Counted from the stretch's first letter, positions 1-12,332 are shown. The stretch: 64,000 nucleotides of DNA from Eledone cirrhosa (GCA_964016885.1 OZ024758.1:15190001-15254000); one strand, 5' to 3'. Notes: generated by a model not told the origin, from the sequence alone. Program-made: numbers and translations.

Positions 1-489
1 CATGTAGGTAGGTATCATAACTTTGTCTCAATCATTTTGAATGTTAGCTTTATAAGACTGAGTTCCAATACTCTCACATATTTGGTTCTAAGCTGGCTCT
101 ACTTTGACCTAGTGGTTCAAATGTTGGATTCATGATCATAGATAAGATCATGTCTTCAATTCCTAGACTGGGTGGTTGTGGTGGTGGTACATTGTCCTTG
201 AGCAAGACACTTCACTTAAGGTTTCTCCAATCCACTCAGTTGAAAAAAAAAAAAAAAAAACAGAACAGAAATGAGTAGTAGCTGCAGCAGCTGGGAGTTT
301 AACCTCTGCAACAAGCTAATGTCTGGTTCATGGAAGGAGTCTTTTCTTGATAGGACTGGAGTCCCTATCATTAAAACACCTGAGAAACTTCACATCAAAT
401 ACAACCTTGTAGGAGGCCAACTAAACCTACATAGGGTGTAAGTTGTAACAGCAGCAACTGTGACCCAGCTCCCACATGTGACAGACAAG

Positions 490-681
490 TGGAACTGTAC
501 TTGGATATCACCAGGGAAGGTCTCTGGAGTCTCGACATCACCTTGGAGGATGCAGAGGAGCTGGCACGAGACCACCAGGGATGGAGGGCACAGGTGGATC
601 TGGTCGGCTCTATGCACAATGATACTTTTGGGTCGCTGGCTTAGGATGACCCCAGCCTCATCGAGCAAGATGAAGAAGATA
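490..681 (+). mobile_element. RTE-type non-LTR retrotransposon 3' fragment (degenerate)
   Basis: Reads ..LDITREGLWSLDITLEDAEELARDHQGWRAQV.., resembling the RTE ORF C-terminal 'A.DR..WR' motif, followed by a GATGAAGAAGAT-like tail. Confidence 0.5.
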
Positions 682-1746
682 GTTAACACAAAACACATCG
701 ATGGTTCATTTTTGTTTTCAACCATTTCATATTTGATAAGAGGGTAATAGCCCTGAAATATACTGGATAAAACATTACTTTGTTTTATTTATCATCTTTT
801 GCCCTTTAATATATTTCTACCACATTGTACTGGCTTTTTGAAACTTATCAATCATTTATTTTATTGTTGTTGTTTCATGGTCCTAGCAGATAGAATTGTG
901 AAGGTGTTACCTCTGAAGTTGGCAAGAGAGATGCACTGAAATAGAACCCATTTAACCCTTTAGCATTCATATTACTCTATATATACTATGAACTCAGTCC
1001 CTTTACAGTCTGAGTTCAAATCCCGCCGAGGTTAACTTTGCCTTTCATCCTTACGAGGTCGATAAAATAAAGTACCAGTAATGCACTGGGTAATTGCTAG
1101 CCTTGTGCCTGCAGTAAAAGCTTTACCTCACATAATTATCTCACATAATATCAAATCTGAGATTTTGATATTATTTATTTTGAGAACAATACTTTAACAT
1201 CAGTCCGAGTGGCCAGTTATGGCTGATTTGAACAGAAAGAGATGAGAGAATTCTGTCAGGATATGTGGCTTATTATTGTGGATGACCATCTTTCTTTTAA
1301 TCTGTAATCCAGTTTATATCAGTCTTCAAATTATTTCATATTGATACACATTAAAAATAAACTCGGCTCTTTCTCTAATAATTATAATATTAAGAAGGAA
1401 ATTTAATGAAATTTTAAAAAAATCTGTAAAATTTGCATATAAAACTAAATTGTTACCCTCCAGTAAAATAATATTGAAATGAAAGCAAATGTTCGTAATT
1501 TAAAGTTCTCCCTATTGGGAAATTATTGATTTTTATCAATAGATTGTTTATAATTAATCTTTTGTTGTTCATTTATGTTGGGGGGGGGGGGGTATTTTGT
1601 TTAATTAATTGAATATATATTTAGATGGATTATCGTTCTTCTTAGTATTTTTGCCTCCACAATCCCTAGCCTTGCTACAAACCCACCACCAAACCGCCTC
1701 TGGTTCTATGTGACAGAACCTCCCATTTTTAAGGGTCCATATTTAA

Positions 1747-1954
1747 CCCTTTAGCATTTACATTACTCTATATTTACTATTGTATTTTCATAGTAAAGGC
1801 TTTATCTCACATAATATCGAATCTATGAAATTTTGATGTTATTTATTTTGAGAACAATACCCTAACATAAGTATGAGTGGCTGGTTACAGCCAGTTTGAA
1901 CTGAAAGAGGTGAGAGAATTCTGGCTGGATATGGCCGGTTTAAATGCTAAAGGG
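1747..1954 (+). mobile_element. piggyBac-type MITE, reference copy of a ~210-bp family (about 30 copies or fragments in the window)
   Basis: TTAA|CCCTTTAGCATTTA ... TAAATGCTAAAGGG|TTAA: 14-bp TIR, CCC/GGG termini, TTAA on both sides, non-coding. Other copies near 955, 2114, 7195, 9415, 10084, 10763, 13978, 23554, 24211, 24676, 25098, 25590, 28882, 35405, 36353, 37540, 42616, 47200, 47626, 55685, 56587, 57627, 57862, 62586, 63659. Confidence 0.9.
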
Positions 1955-2113
1955 TTAAATTGAAGCATTCTAACAATTTTATATAAGAACCTTTCGTTAT
2001 GTTACAAATAACATCTTAATCCTTTTGTTACCATATTTCAAATAAATGACACGTGTGATTTTCAAATACTCTAAAAAAGGGATTTAGTAATATAACCAGC
2101 ATTTCATTATTAA

Positions 2114-2640
2114 CCCTTTAGCATTTATATTGCTCTATATATATACTATTATATTTTAGGGAATTGGTCACAGGGTTATTTACTTTGGTAAACGCCACTG
2201 CAGGCCAACCACTAATTAAATTCGATACAGATATAATAAGGTTAACAAACTTACTCGTGAGTGAACTGACCGAAAGCCGGTTGCCAAATAATCAGCATGG
2301 TAAATTAAATGTTATTGAGACACGAGTAACATAATAATGATGTCAACAGCAGAAATTAGAGATGAAATGTATGTTTATTTTTGTTGTAACACAAATAATG
2401 TTGGTTAACTTGTATGGTTGAAGTTACACATAAAAATGAGGTTACAAAAGGGAATTCCAACGTTTATACTATTATATTTTCATAGTAAAGGCTTTATCTT
2501 ACATAATATCGAATCTGAGATTTTGATATTATGTTGAGAACAATACCTTAACATCAGTGTTAGCGGCAAGTTACAGCTGGTTTGAACAGAAAGAGATGAG
2601 AAAATTCTGGCCGGATATGACCGGTTTAAATGCTAAAGGG
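2114..2640 (+). mobile_element. piggyBac-type MITE interrupted by a ~307-bp insertion (2158-2464)
   Basis: Both TIRs and TTAA are intact; the insert is flanked by direct repeats TATACTATTATATTTT at 2142-2157 and 2465-2480. Confidence 0.85.
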
Positions 2641-3009
2641 TTAATCTGCGTGGTTGATAAAATAAAGCACCAGTAATGCAGTGGGGTCGATTTAATCGAC
2701 TTTCACCTCTCCCCCAAAATTGCTGGCCTTGTGGCTATAGTAGAAATCATTATTGATCTGTTGATTGGAGCATGAAATTGTGATGGAAGGTTTTTAGATA
2801 ATTATAAACAGTTTTGTATCATAGGACCAGGGGCGGTTTCAGGCAGTTTGGTATCAAAAGGATTATAAATGAAATAATTAATTTTATTAAACCCCTCAAA
2901 ATTCTTCCATAATTAATTCAAATAGGGTATTTCATTAGAAATATGGGAACAAAGCTGTTAACGCTGTAACAGTAGATAGACTTCTTGATATCTTGATCCA
3001 GGGTCTTGA

Positions 3010-3200
3010 AATCACTCACAGAGGAGGAATCCCTCTTTGGACTCCTTCCACTGACTCCTGTCCCTTGCCAGTCTTGGCCATGAGGGTCCCAGGTGGCTGA
3101 TGAGGTCGTCATGCCATCTTGTCCTTGGACATCCAGCTGATCTTGTCTATTTTCTTGGTGTCCACTCTGTCACTCTCATCGTCCATCTGTTAACGAGCAC
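3010..3200 (-). mobile_element. RTE-clade LINE ORF C-terminal remnant
   Basis: Minus strand reads NRWTMRVTEWTPRK*TRSAGCPRTRWHDDLISHLGPSWPRLARDRSQWKE, typical of RTE C-termini, with an in-frame stop. Confidence 0.75.
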
Positions 3201-3653
3201 ATCTTGCCAGTGATGACGTATAGCAGTGAGACCTGGGCGCTGAAGAACATACTTAGATGGGCATATAGCAACACATTTAGCATTTATGCAAGTCACCAGT
3301 CCATAACTTTCTTGTGGGTTGAAAATCTGTTTTCTAACTTGCATCTTCAGTTGAGTTATTCTCTCCAATCTTTGTGTTAATATAAACTACTTTCTGTTTC
3401 CCAATGGAATAATTACGTTCTTTGTGAGAATTCTTTCAATTTTGTTGATGTCTGTTTATTTTTATATTTATTTATTTATTTTATGACATCTAAGAAACTA
3501 GTGCATCATCTATATGATACTAAAGTTGTGAATCTCTATTTTTCTGTTAGGAGAGTACTGTGATTTTACCTGAAACATTCCATTGTACTGCAAAAAAAAA
3601 AGTTTCTACTAATCTTCTCTTAAATACAAGCACACTTTTTCTTGAAATCTAAA

Positions 3654-3693
<40 letters not shown>

Positions 3694-3870
3694 CACGCTC
3701 GCACTCGCACACACGTGTGTATAAAGCTTATTAGAAGCACACACATGTGCTTCTAATACGCTTTATACACACACAAACGCAGAGGCTTGTAATGGACCTG
3801 TTATTATCTAAAGACATTTTTTTTCCAATTCCACCCCGCCCGTCTCTTCAGTCTATCTAATTTCTCATTC

Positions 3871-3910
3871 TTTCTGCTGATGAAGGACTAGCGTCCGAAA
3901 CGTTAAGACC
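3871..3910 (+). ncRNA. Minimal hammerhead ribozyme motif (Penelope-like), weak stem I
   Basis: CTGATGA (3877-3883), A, GGAC-tagc-GTCC, GAAA (3897-3900), CGTTA with palindromic AACGTT; a hairpin lies upstream at 3715-3771 and (TA)n flanks the unit. Confidence 0.6.
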
Positions 3911-3984
3911 CTCTTTCTGCTATATCATGCGTTAACCTAATATATACCTTCCAGATACTGTACTGATTGTGTTTCTGTTTACCT

Positions 3985-3989
<5 letters not shown>

Positions 3990-4035
<46 letters not shown>

Positions 4036-4045
4036 ATATATATAT

Positions 4046-4076
<31 letters not shown>

Positions 4077-4270
4077 ATATATATATATATATATTATATA
4101 TTATATATATATTATATATATATATATATTATATATATATTATATATATATATATATTATATATATATTATATATATATATATATTATATATATATTATA
4201 TATATATATATATTATATATATATATATAATATATATATATCATATATATATATATATTATATATATATA
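3990..4270. repeat. (TA)n-derived microsatellite
   Basis: Long interrupted TA tract; many similar tracts occur throughout the window. Confidence 0.95.
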
Positions 4271-4881
4271 TCATCATCATCATCATCATCAACGTTTAAC
4301 GTCCGTGTTCCACGCTTGCATGGGTTTGGACGGGGGTAGTCCCACTTGAGGCAAGAGTGATTGTCTTGCTCGCATAGGACTGTCTGGCAGGTTTTCTACA
4401 GTTGGATGCCCTTCCTAACACCAACCACATTTACAGTGTGGGTCTGGGAGGTTTTTACCGTGTTGCCTACACGGCCACATTACAGCGTGGACTGTGTGTT
4501 TTTTTGTCGTGACACCTACACGATCTCATTTGTTTCGGCCTCGATGGCGCGGCACCAACATAACTTTACATAGAACGGGGTGGTGTGGATCGGGTGATGG
4601 TGGTGGGACGGGGTGTATTTTGTTAGAGATGCCTACTGGCTGGAGTAGGTTTTACTATATATTTAGGTAAGGCGGGTCTTCTCTGTTACTGAGTACCGCC
4701 AAAGGTCTCGGTCCAGTGACATTGTCTTGGAGAGGTGTAAGTGTGTGATGTCGGAGTTTATCAGCTCGTCCCAGGTTTTTCTAGGTCTGCCTATTCCGTG
4801 ACTACCGTCTATCTTTATTGCCCTGCACTTTGTTATACAGCTATCGACTTTCATGCGCATCACGTGTCCATACCAACGTAG
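4271..4881 (-). mobile_element. 5'-truncated RTE LINE (ORF C-terminus, 3' UTR and (GAT)n tail)
   Basis: LRWYGHVMRM...GRPRKTWDELINSD...DRDLWR...* (4881-4663), then a 3' UTR ending GGACGTTAAACGTT(GAT)n; the same 3' end recurs at ~15213-15436, 16560-16710, 20148-20248, 47670-47897, 62685-62875, 63013-63220. Confidence 0.9.
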
Positions 4882-5005
4882 CTTGGGATCAGATGTTGTT
4901 TACTTCTCTCGAGTAAACAACATCTGATCCCTCTTATCTCTAATTTATATATATAATATATAATATATATATATATATTATATATATATTATATATATAT
5001 ATATA

Positions 5006-5280
5006 TGGCTTAGTGGTTAGAGCATTGGCCTTGCAATTGAAAGGTTGTGAGTTCAATTCTCAGACCGGGTGATGTGTTGTTTCCTTGAGCAAGACACTTT
5101 ATTTCACATCGCTCCAGTTTACTCAGCTGTAGAAATGAGATGATAGGGACCTCAGTCCCTATCATTCCACTGCAAAGTGGTCGTGGAGGTGCCACGGCAA
5201 AAAAAGCATCCAGCTGTAGAAATCAAGCCAGAATCAGTTCCCGTCCCACCCTTGCAAGCAGGAAAAAGCAGTCATAAAAT
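5006..5280 (+). mobile_element. SINE family B (tRNA head, CORE-like centre, RTE-like tail)
   Basis: A box TGGCTTAGTGG, B box GAGTTCAATTC, centre CCTTGAGCAAGACACTT..CAGTTTACTCAGCTGTAGAAATGAG. Confidence 0.85.
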
Positions 5281-5618
5281 TATGTGTGCTGGATGTACAA
5301 TCAGAATGTTGTGGGTTCAATTCCTGGGTTGTGTGTTGTGTTCTTGAACAAAACACTTCATTTCATGTTGCTCCAGTATACTCAGCTGAAAATGAGTACC
5401 AGTAATAGCTGGGGTTTAACCCTATGATGAACTGGATTGGTTTCTATGGCTGGATACCCTTCCTAACACCAACCACATTTACAATGTGTGTTGGGTGCTT
5501 TTTGTCGTACACTTACATGACCACTTATATCATATATATTCAAAATAGGGGGTTGCACAGTCAAAGACAATTGAAAAAACAACAGGAAGACACAGTTCCA
5601 TTTCCTCTAGAAATATAT

Positions 5619-5801
5619 ACAATGAAATTCTGTTATAACAAAATTCATGGGGTATAAAAAAAAATTTGTTGTAACAAAAAATGCTTTATAATGAGATTGG
5701 CCAAAATAAATTGTTTCTTTATTCCCTCAGGGATAGAAAAACATTTTTGTTATACTGAAAAATTCATTATAATGGTATTCATTATAGTGGAATTTTACCT
5801 G
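5619..5801. mobile_element. Tigger/pogo-like MITE (old)
   Basis: TA|CAATGAAATTCTGTTATAA ... TTATAGTGGAATTTTACCTG|TA: imperfect TIRs with TA flanks. Confidence 0.55.
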
Positions 5802-5996
5802 TATAAATAAATAAATATATATATAATGAGGTTAACAGGACTAGAATAAGGTTTCCCTGCTAGTACCAGTTGCATCTCAGCGTACTCAATAGGTAAGGCT
5901 ATGTATAAATCCCAGAGTAGACAAAGTTATTTGCCTCGATGCACATACATAAATGGGTACCATAAATTTATACCCGTACTTGAGTTGTTTATTACA

Positions 5997-6039
<43 letters not shown>

Positions 6040-6056
6040 GCAACATAAGGCAATTA

Positions 6057-6117
6057 TTTCATTTACCAGTGGTTTCTTGAAAGCAAAAAAATGTTGCTTT
6101 CAATCATCAGAATGAAA
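6057..6117 (-). ncRNA. Type I hammerhead ribozyme (mirror copy)
   Basis: Reverse complement: TTTCATT-CTGATGA-TTGAAAGCAA-cattttt-TTGCTTTCAA-GAAA-CCACTGG-TA-AATGAAA, with a perfect 10-bp stem II. Confidence 0.85.
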
Positions 6118-6181
6118 AAATCCTGGTGTATTTATTGACATTGGTTTTTAAAATCCAATGTCAATAAATACACCAGGATTT

Positions 6182-6242
6182 TTTCATTCTGATGATTGAA
6201 AGTAAAATTTTTTTGCTTTCAAGAAACCACTGGTAAATGAAA
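6182..6242 (+). ncRNA. Type I hammerhead ribozyme
   Basis: Stem I TTTCATT/AATGAAA; CTGATGA 6189-6195; stem II TTGAAAGT/GCTTTCAA; GAAA 6223-6226; stem III ACC-act-GGT; GUA triplet, predicted cleavage after 6235. Confidence 0.85.
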
Positions 6243-6331
6243 TAATTGCCTTATGTTTGTTTATTACATAACTATTAAGCTCTGTAACCTACATAGAGCA
6301 CTATTTTTTCCTGGACCTTTCTGACGGAATT

Positions 6332-6375
<44 letters not shown>

Positions 6376-6877
6376 CTCCAAACATTGTTACAATTTGAAG
6401 AAACTGAATATACCTTATTCTGTCTGTAAAACAACAGTTACTGGTTCTATATAAATATACAACACCTTTACCAAACTATAGTTTATTTATATATTTACTC
6501 AAGATTTCTATCTCTATTATTTTAAAAAGTTAGAAAAATACTTGTCGAATTTCTTTTTATTACTTTAAACATTTTTTTGACATAGTGGTTTGTTTTTGGT
6601 TTAGATAAAATAGAAATGTGATGTTTATATATTTTGTTTTTCCATTTGTTATAATCATAACATGAATTGAATGAATTTACAAATTTGGTATTTACATAAA
6701 CTTCTTGAAAATAATTTTTTTCATTTTTTTAATTTTTATTTTTTTATTTTTTACTTCTCTGTTCACCATCACCTCTCAATTTGAATACCTTTCTAAATGT
6801 CAAATTTTTGACAGAATTATGAAAGCTAAACATGCAATTTACTAATGTTACATATAAATATTATCATTATTATTATT

Positions 6878-7060
6878 TGGATTGGCAGTATTGGTAGAGG
6901 GTCGGACACCATGCTTTGACGCATAGTTACGACCCTTGCCATTCTGATTTCAAATCCCGCCGAGGTTAACTTTGCCTTTCATCCTTACGGGGGTCGATAA
7001 AATAAAGTACTAGTAATGCACTGTGTAATTGCTGGCCTTGTGCCAAAAGTAAAAACAATT
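6878..7060 (+). mobile_element. SINE family A (tRNA-derived, ~190 bp; more than 20 copies or fragments)
   Basis: A box TGGCAGTATCGG, B box GTTCAAATCC (family consensus), conserved centre AACTTTGCCTTTCATCCTTACGGGGTCGATAAAATAAAGTACCAG, ATT-rich tail. Other copies near 993, 7424, 8159, 9443(-), 11027-11630, 16722, 16882, 19957(-), 21720, 26698(-), 26934(-), 28500(-), 29031, 33951, 34100(-), 34935(-), 38430(-), 40436(-), 41736(-), 42207(-), 42961, 45360, 50661, 58475(-). Confidence 0.9.
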
Positions 7061-7533
7061 ATTATTATCATATAATACAAAAATTATGATGTACAGTATT
7101 AACCCTTTTTTTATTACCATATTTCTAATGAAAGACGCAGCATCTCTTTCAAATCGTTTTGCAAAATAAGCAAGAATTTTAAGAGATTATTAACCCCTTA
7201 GCATTTAAACCGGTCATATCCGGCCAGAATTCTTTCACGTCTTTCTTTTCAAACCGACCATAATGGACCACTCATACTTACATTAACCCTTTAGTGTTCA
7301 AACCAGCCAGAATTCTCCATCTTTTTCTGTTGAAACTGGCTGTAACTGGTCACCCCAACTGATGTTAAGGGATTGTTCTCAAAATAAATAACATCAAAAT
7401 CTCGTAGATTCGATATTATGTGAGGGCGGGGGATTGGCAGTATCGGTAGGTCGGACGCCATGCTTTGCAGCATAGAGTTACGCCCCTTTATAGTCTGAGT
7501 TGAATTCCCGCCGAGGTTCACTTTACCTTTCAT

Positions 7534-8050
7534 ACACATACAATCATATATATATATATACAGAAACATACACATACAGGCGTATCTATACACAAACATA
7601 CACATACAGGCATATATATATATACTCACACAAACATACACATACAGACACATATATATATATATATGTATATATATATAACATATGCATACAGGCATAT
7701 ATATATATATATATAACATATGCATACAGGCATATATATACGCAAACATACACATGCAGGTATATATATATATATACAGAAACATACACATACAGGCATA
7801 TATACACACAAACATGCACATAGCCATATACACATACACGCGAACATACACCTACAATCATATATACACAAACACACATAACATATATATACACAAACAC
7901 ACATAACATATATATACACAAACACACATAACATATATATACACAAACACACATAACATATATATACACAAACACACATAACATATATATACACACACAC
8001 ATAACATATATATACACAAACACACATAACATATATACACAAACACACAG
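7534..8050. repeat. CA/TA compound microsatellite with a ~24-bp higher-order unit
   Basis: Repeated ACACAAACACACATAACATATATAT-like units. Confidence 0.9.
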
Positions 8051-8350
8051 CCCTAATTACATGGGTTAGATGTTGTAGTATAAAATGTGAACATTGAAAA
8101 CAATATTTTGAAATAATGAGAATATTTATTATACAACAAGAATATTATTTAGAGAAGTTGGTGGACTGGCAGTGTCGGTAGAGCGTCGGACGCCATGCTT
8201 TGATGAGTTACGTCCCTTTACGTCCTGAGTTCAAATCCCGTCGAGGCTAACTTTGCCTTTCATCCTTACGGGGTCGATAAAATAAAGTACCAGTAATGCA
8301 CTGGGTAATTGCTGGCCTTGTGCCAAAAGTAGAAACAATTATTTAGAGAG

Positions 8351-8990
8351 ACAGTACATAATTATATACACATAGTATAGGTGTTATATATACAGTACAT
8401 AATTATATACACATAGTATAGGTGTTATATATACAGTACATAATTATATACACACAGTATAGGTGTTATATATACAGTACATAATTATATACACATAGTA
8501 TAGAAGGTATTATATATACAGTACATAATTATATACGCATAGTATAGAAGTATTATATATACAGTACATAATTATATACACATAGTATAGAAGGTATTAT
8601 ATATACAGTACATAATTATATACACATAGTGTTATATACACACAGCAAACAGTACATAATTATATACACATAGTATAGGTGTTATATATACAGTACATAA
8701 TTATATACACACAGTATAGGTGTTATATATACAGTACATAATTATATACACATAGTATAGAAGGTATTATATATACAGTACATAATTATATACGCATAGT
8801 ATAGAAGATTATATATACAGTACATAATTATATACACATAATATAGAAGGTATTATATATATACAGTACATATATATATACAGTACATAATTATATACAC
8901 ATAGTATAGAAGGTATTATATATACTGTACATAATTATACACATAGTATAGAAGGTATTATATATATACATACAGTATACAAGCTGTTAT
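8351..8990. repeat. ~41-bp minisatellite
   Basis: Unit ACAGTACATAATTATATACACATAGTATAG(AA)GGT(G/A)TTATATAT, about 14 copies. Confidence 0.9.
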
Positions 8991-9065
8991 ATACACACAC
9001 AACATACAAAGGATTATTTATACACACACACACAGTACACCAACTATTACTTACAAACTATATAT

Positions 9066-9312
9066 TATATACACGCAGCAAACAAGCTGTTATATACACG
9101 CAGCAAACAAGCTGTTATATACACGCAGCAAACAAGCTGTTATATACACACAGCAAACAAGCTGTTATATACACACAGCAAACAAGCTGTTATATACACA
9201 CAGCAAACAAGCTGTTATATACACACAGTAAACAAACTCTTATATACACACAGCAAACAAGCTGTTATATACACACAGCAAACAAGCTGTTATATACACA
9301 CAGCAAACAAAC
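9066..9312. repeat. 25-bp minisatellite
   Basis: Unit ACAC(G/A)CAGCAAACAAGCTGTTATAT, about 10 copies. Confidence 0.95.
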
Positions 9313-10524
9313 TACACACTGATTTCTATGATGAGCATTCAGTTGTTTAATCAGTTGAACAACTCATGATTTAAGGTTTAAGTGGTTCAGTATTCCACAT
9401 AGATGCACCTTTAACTCTTTACCATTTACATTACTCTATATATGTTTCTACTTTAGGCACAAGGCCAGCAAATTACCCAGTACATTACTGGTACTTTATT
9501 TTATCGACCCCCGTAAGGATGAAAGGCAAAGTTAACCTCGGTGGGATTTAAACTCGGAATGTAAAGGGACGTAACTATGCTAGAAAGCATGGCGTCCAAC
9601 CCTCTATATATAATATTGTATTTTCACGGTAAAGTCTTTACCTCATATAGTTAGCTCACATAATATCAAATTTGAGATTTTGATATTTATTTTGAGAAGA
9701 ATTCTTTGATTGGTGTAAGGGGCTGGTTACAGCCGGTTTGAACAGAAAGAGGCTAGAGAATTCTGACCGGGTACAAACAGTTTGAACAGAAAGAGGCTAG
9801 AGAATTCTGACCGGGTACAAACAGTTTGAACTGAAAGAGGTGAGATAATTCTGACTGGATAGGCCGGTTTAAATGCTAAAAAGTTAATGTATTCCCCAGA
9901 TAGAAACCATTCACTCATACTTTACCATGAAAATACAATAGTATATATAGAGTAATGTAAATGTTATGTGAGGTAAAGCCTTTACCATGAAAATACAATA
10001 GTAAATATAGAGTAATGTAAATACTAAAGGGTTAAACTATAAATCCAGTACTATATACATCCGAATATAAAATGCTAAGTTAACCCTTTAGCATTTAAAC
10101 CGACCATATCCCGCCACCTCTTTCTGTTCAAACCGGATGTAACCAGCCACTCATGCTGATGTTAAGGTATTATTGTCAAAATACATAATATCAAAATCTC
10201 ATAGATTTGATATTGTGTGAGATAAAGCCTTTACTGCGAAAATACAATAGTAAATATAGAGTAATGTAAATGCTAAAGGGTTAAACCATGTCATAAGTTT
10301 GTAAAGTAATCAGATCAAATCCAGTGCTTCAATGATTGTGACACAAAGTTCTTAACCAGTCAGATTATGCCAACATTCACCATTATTGAAACCATGTCAT
10401 AAGTTTGTCGAGTACTAAAGTACTTCCTTTATCATAAATAATCCCTATAAAAATCTATTGATTCAAGATAATTAAATTGGAATATCTGTGTGTGTATACA
10501 CATATATATGTATGTAAATATGTA

Positions 10525-10555
<31 letters not shown>

Positions 10556-11026
10556 TGTTTTTGTGAGTTCGTGCAGTTTATATTTAATCTACTTTCTTAT
10601 AAAGTTAATCATATATATATATATGTCAGATGCAGAATGCATGAAATATTTAAATCTCTAATTATGGCACTATTTGGATTCTAGTATTAATCTAAGCTGT
10701 TGCATTTATTATTATTATATTTTATTTTACACCAAGAAAAACCCACACTGTATCATCCTTAACCCTTTAGCATTCACATTACTCTATATTTACTATTATA
10801 TTTTCATGGTAAAGGCTTTAACTCGCATAATTATCTCACATAATATCATAATCTATGAGATTTTGAAAGTATTTATTTTGAGAACAATACTCAGTTTGAG
10901 TGACCAGTTACAGCCAGTTTCAACAGAAAGAGGTAGAGAATTCTGGCTGGTTTTGGCTGGTTTTGGCTGGTTTTAACATTAAAGGGTTAATGTGAGCCCT
11001 GTATGGCTAATAAAGAAATCATTATT

Positions 11027-11635
11027 ACAAATCCCGCCGTGGTTAACTTTGCCTTTCATCCTTTCGGGGTCGATAAAATAAAGTACCAGTAATGCACTGG
11101 GTAATTGTTGGCCTTGTGCCAAAAGTAGAAACATTTATTATAGGGCAGTGGATTGGCAGTATCAGTAGTTGGATGCCATGCTTTGCAGCATAGTTACAGT
11201 CCGTTACGTTCCGAGTTCAAATCCCGCTGAGGTTAGCTTTGTCTTTCATCCTTATGGGGTTGATAAAATAAAGTACCAGTAATACACTGAGGTTGATTTA
11301 ATTAACTTTCCCTCCCCCAAAATTGATGGCCTTGTGCCTATAGAAATCATTATTATTTTAACTTTGCCTTTCATCCTTACGGGGTCGATAAAATAAAGAA
11401 CCAGTAATGTACTGGGGTAATTGCTGGCCTTGTGCCAAAAGTAGAAACATTTTCGCAGTATCTGTAGACGGTCGGACGCCATGCTTTGACGCATAGTTAC
11501 GGCCCTTGCCATTCTGTGTTCAAATCTCACCAAGGTTAACTTTGTCTTTCATCCTTACGGGGTCGATAAAATAAAGTACCAGTAATGTACTGGGTAATTG
11601 CTGGCCTTATGCCAATATTACAAACAATTATTATT
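11027..11635 (+). mobile_element. Head-to-tail cluster of four SINE family A copies or fragments
   Basis: The conserved centre GCCTTTCATCCTT..GGGGTCGATAAAATAAAG recurs four times in the same orientation. Confidence 0.85.
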
Positions 11636-11748
11636 ATTTTTAATAATCTGTCTTTTCGTCTGTTCCTGTTTACACACTGGTGTCAAATTAGCTATAACTG
11701 ATATCTCTTCACTATACGCTTTATATATATATATAAAAATATAAATAT

Positions 11749-11788
<40 letters not shown>

Positions 11789-11794
<6 letters not shown>

Positions 11795-12311
11795 GAATAA
11801 AATAACAGGAGGCTGGACTGGTGTAAATCCTTGAAAAGTTTATTATACCATGATCATTTCAATGACCGGGTTCCATATGAATCCGGTGATATCATCAGGT
11901 ATTCGAAATATAACAAAGGAATATATAAAAATCCATGGGTCTGAAAATCAGAGACAGAGGACGACTGACAAACTAGCTGTTTTCACCTCGGTCAGTCGCC
12001 CTCTGATTTTCGGACCCATGGATTTTTATATATTCCTTTGTTATATTTCGAATACCTGATGATATCACTGGATTCATACGGAACCCGGTCATTGAAATGA
12101 TCATGGTATAATAAACTTTTCAAGGATTTACACCAGTCCAGCCTCCTGTTATTTTATTCATAATAATTAACTCCGTATTCGCACCACCAACTACACAAAC
12201 GAAGACGGCTGAACTGCACTACGTTGAGTACTTTCCATAATATTGCATCAAGATTGACCATACGGAATGACCAATTCTATCCGGTGGTGAACCAACAAAC
12301 TTAAATAAATG
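11789..12311. mobile_element. Fold-back Penelope-like element with hammerhead-like motif on both arms
   Basis: ~165-bp inverted arms (11789-11953 and 12001-12165); ATAC-CTGATGA(12056-62)-stem II-GAAA(12094-97)-TGATCAT-G-GTAT; unique tail to ~12311; (TA)n flanks. Confidence 0.75.
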
Positions 12312-12332
12312 TATATATAAATGTATATATAT

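Larger units (their letters stand above)
6042..6338. mobile_element. Fold-back (inverted pLTR-like) Penelope-like element with hammerheads on both strands
   Basis: Arms ~6042-6144 and 6155-6257 are near-perfect inverted repeats; unique tail to ~6338; (TA)n on both sides. Confidence 0.8.

Noticed and set aside
5845-5882. Minus-strand CTGAGA-TGC..GCA-GG-GAAACCTTA as a hammerhead
   Set aside because: The core lacks a nucleotide, stem II is out of register and there is no stem I or III
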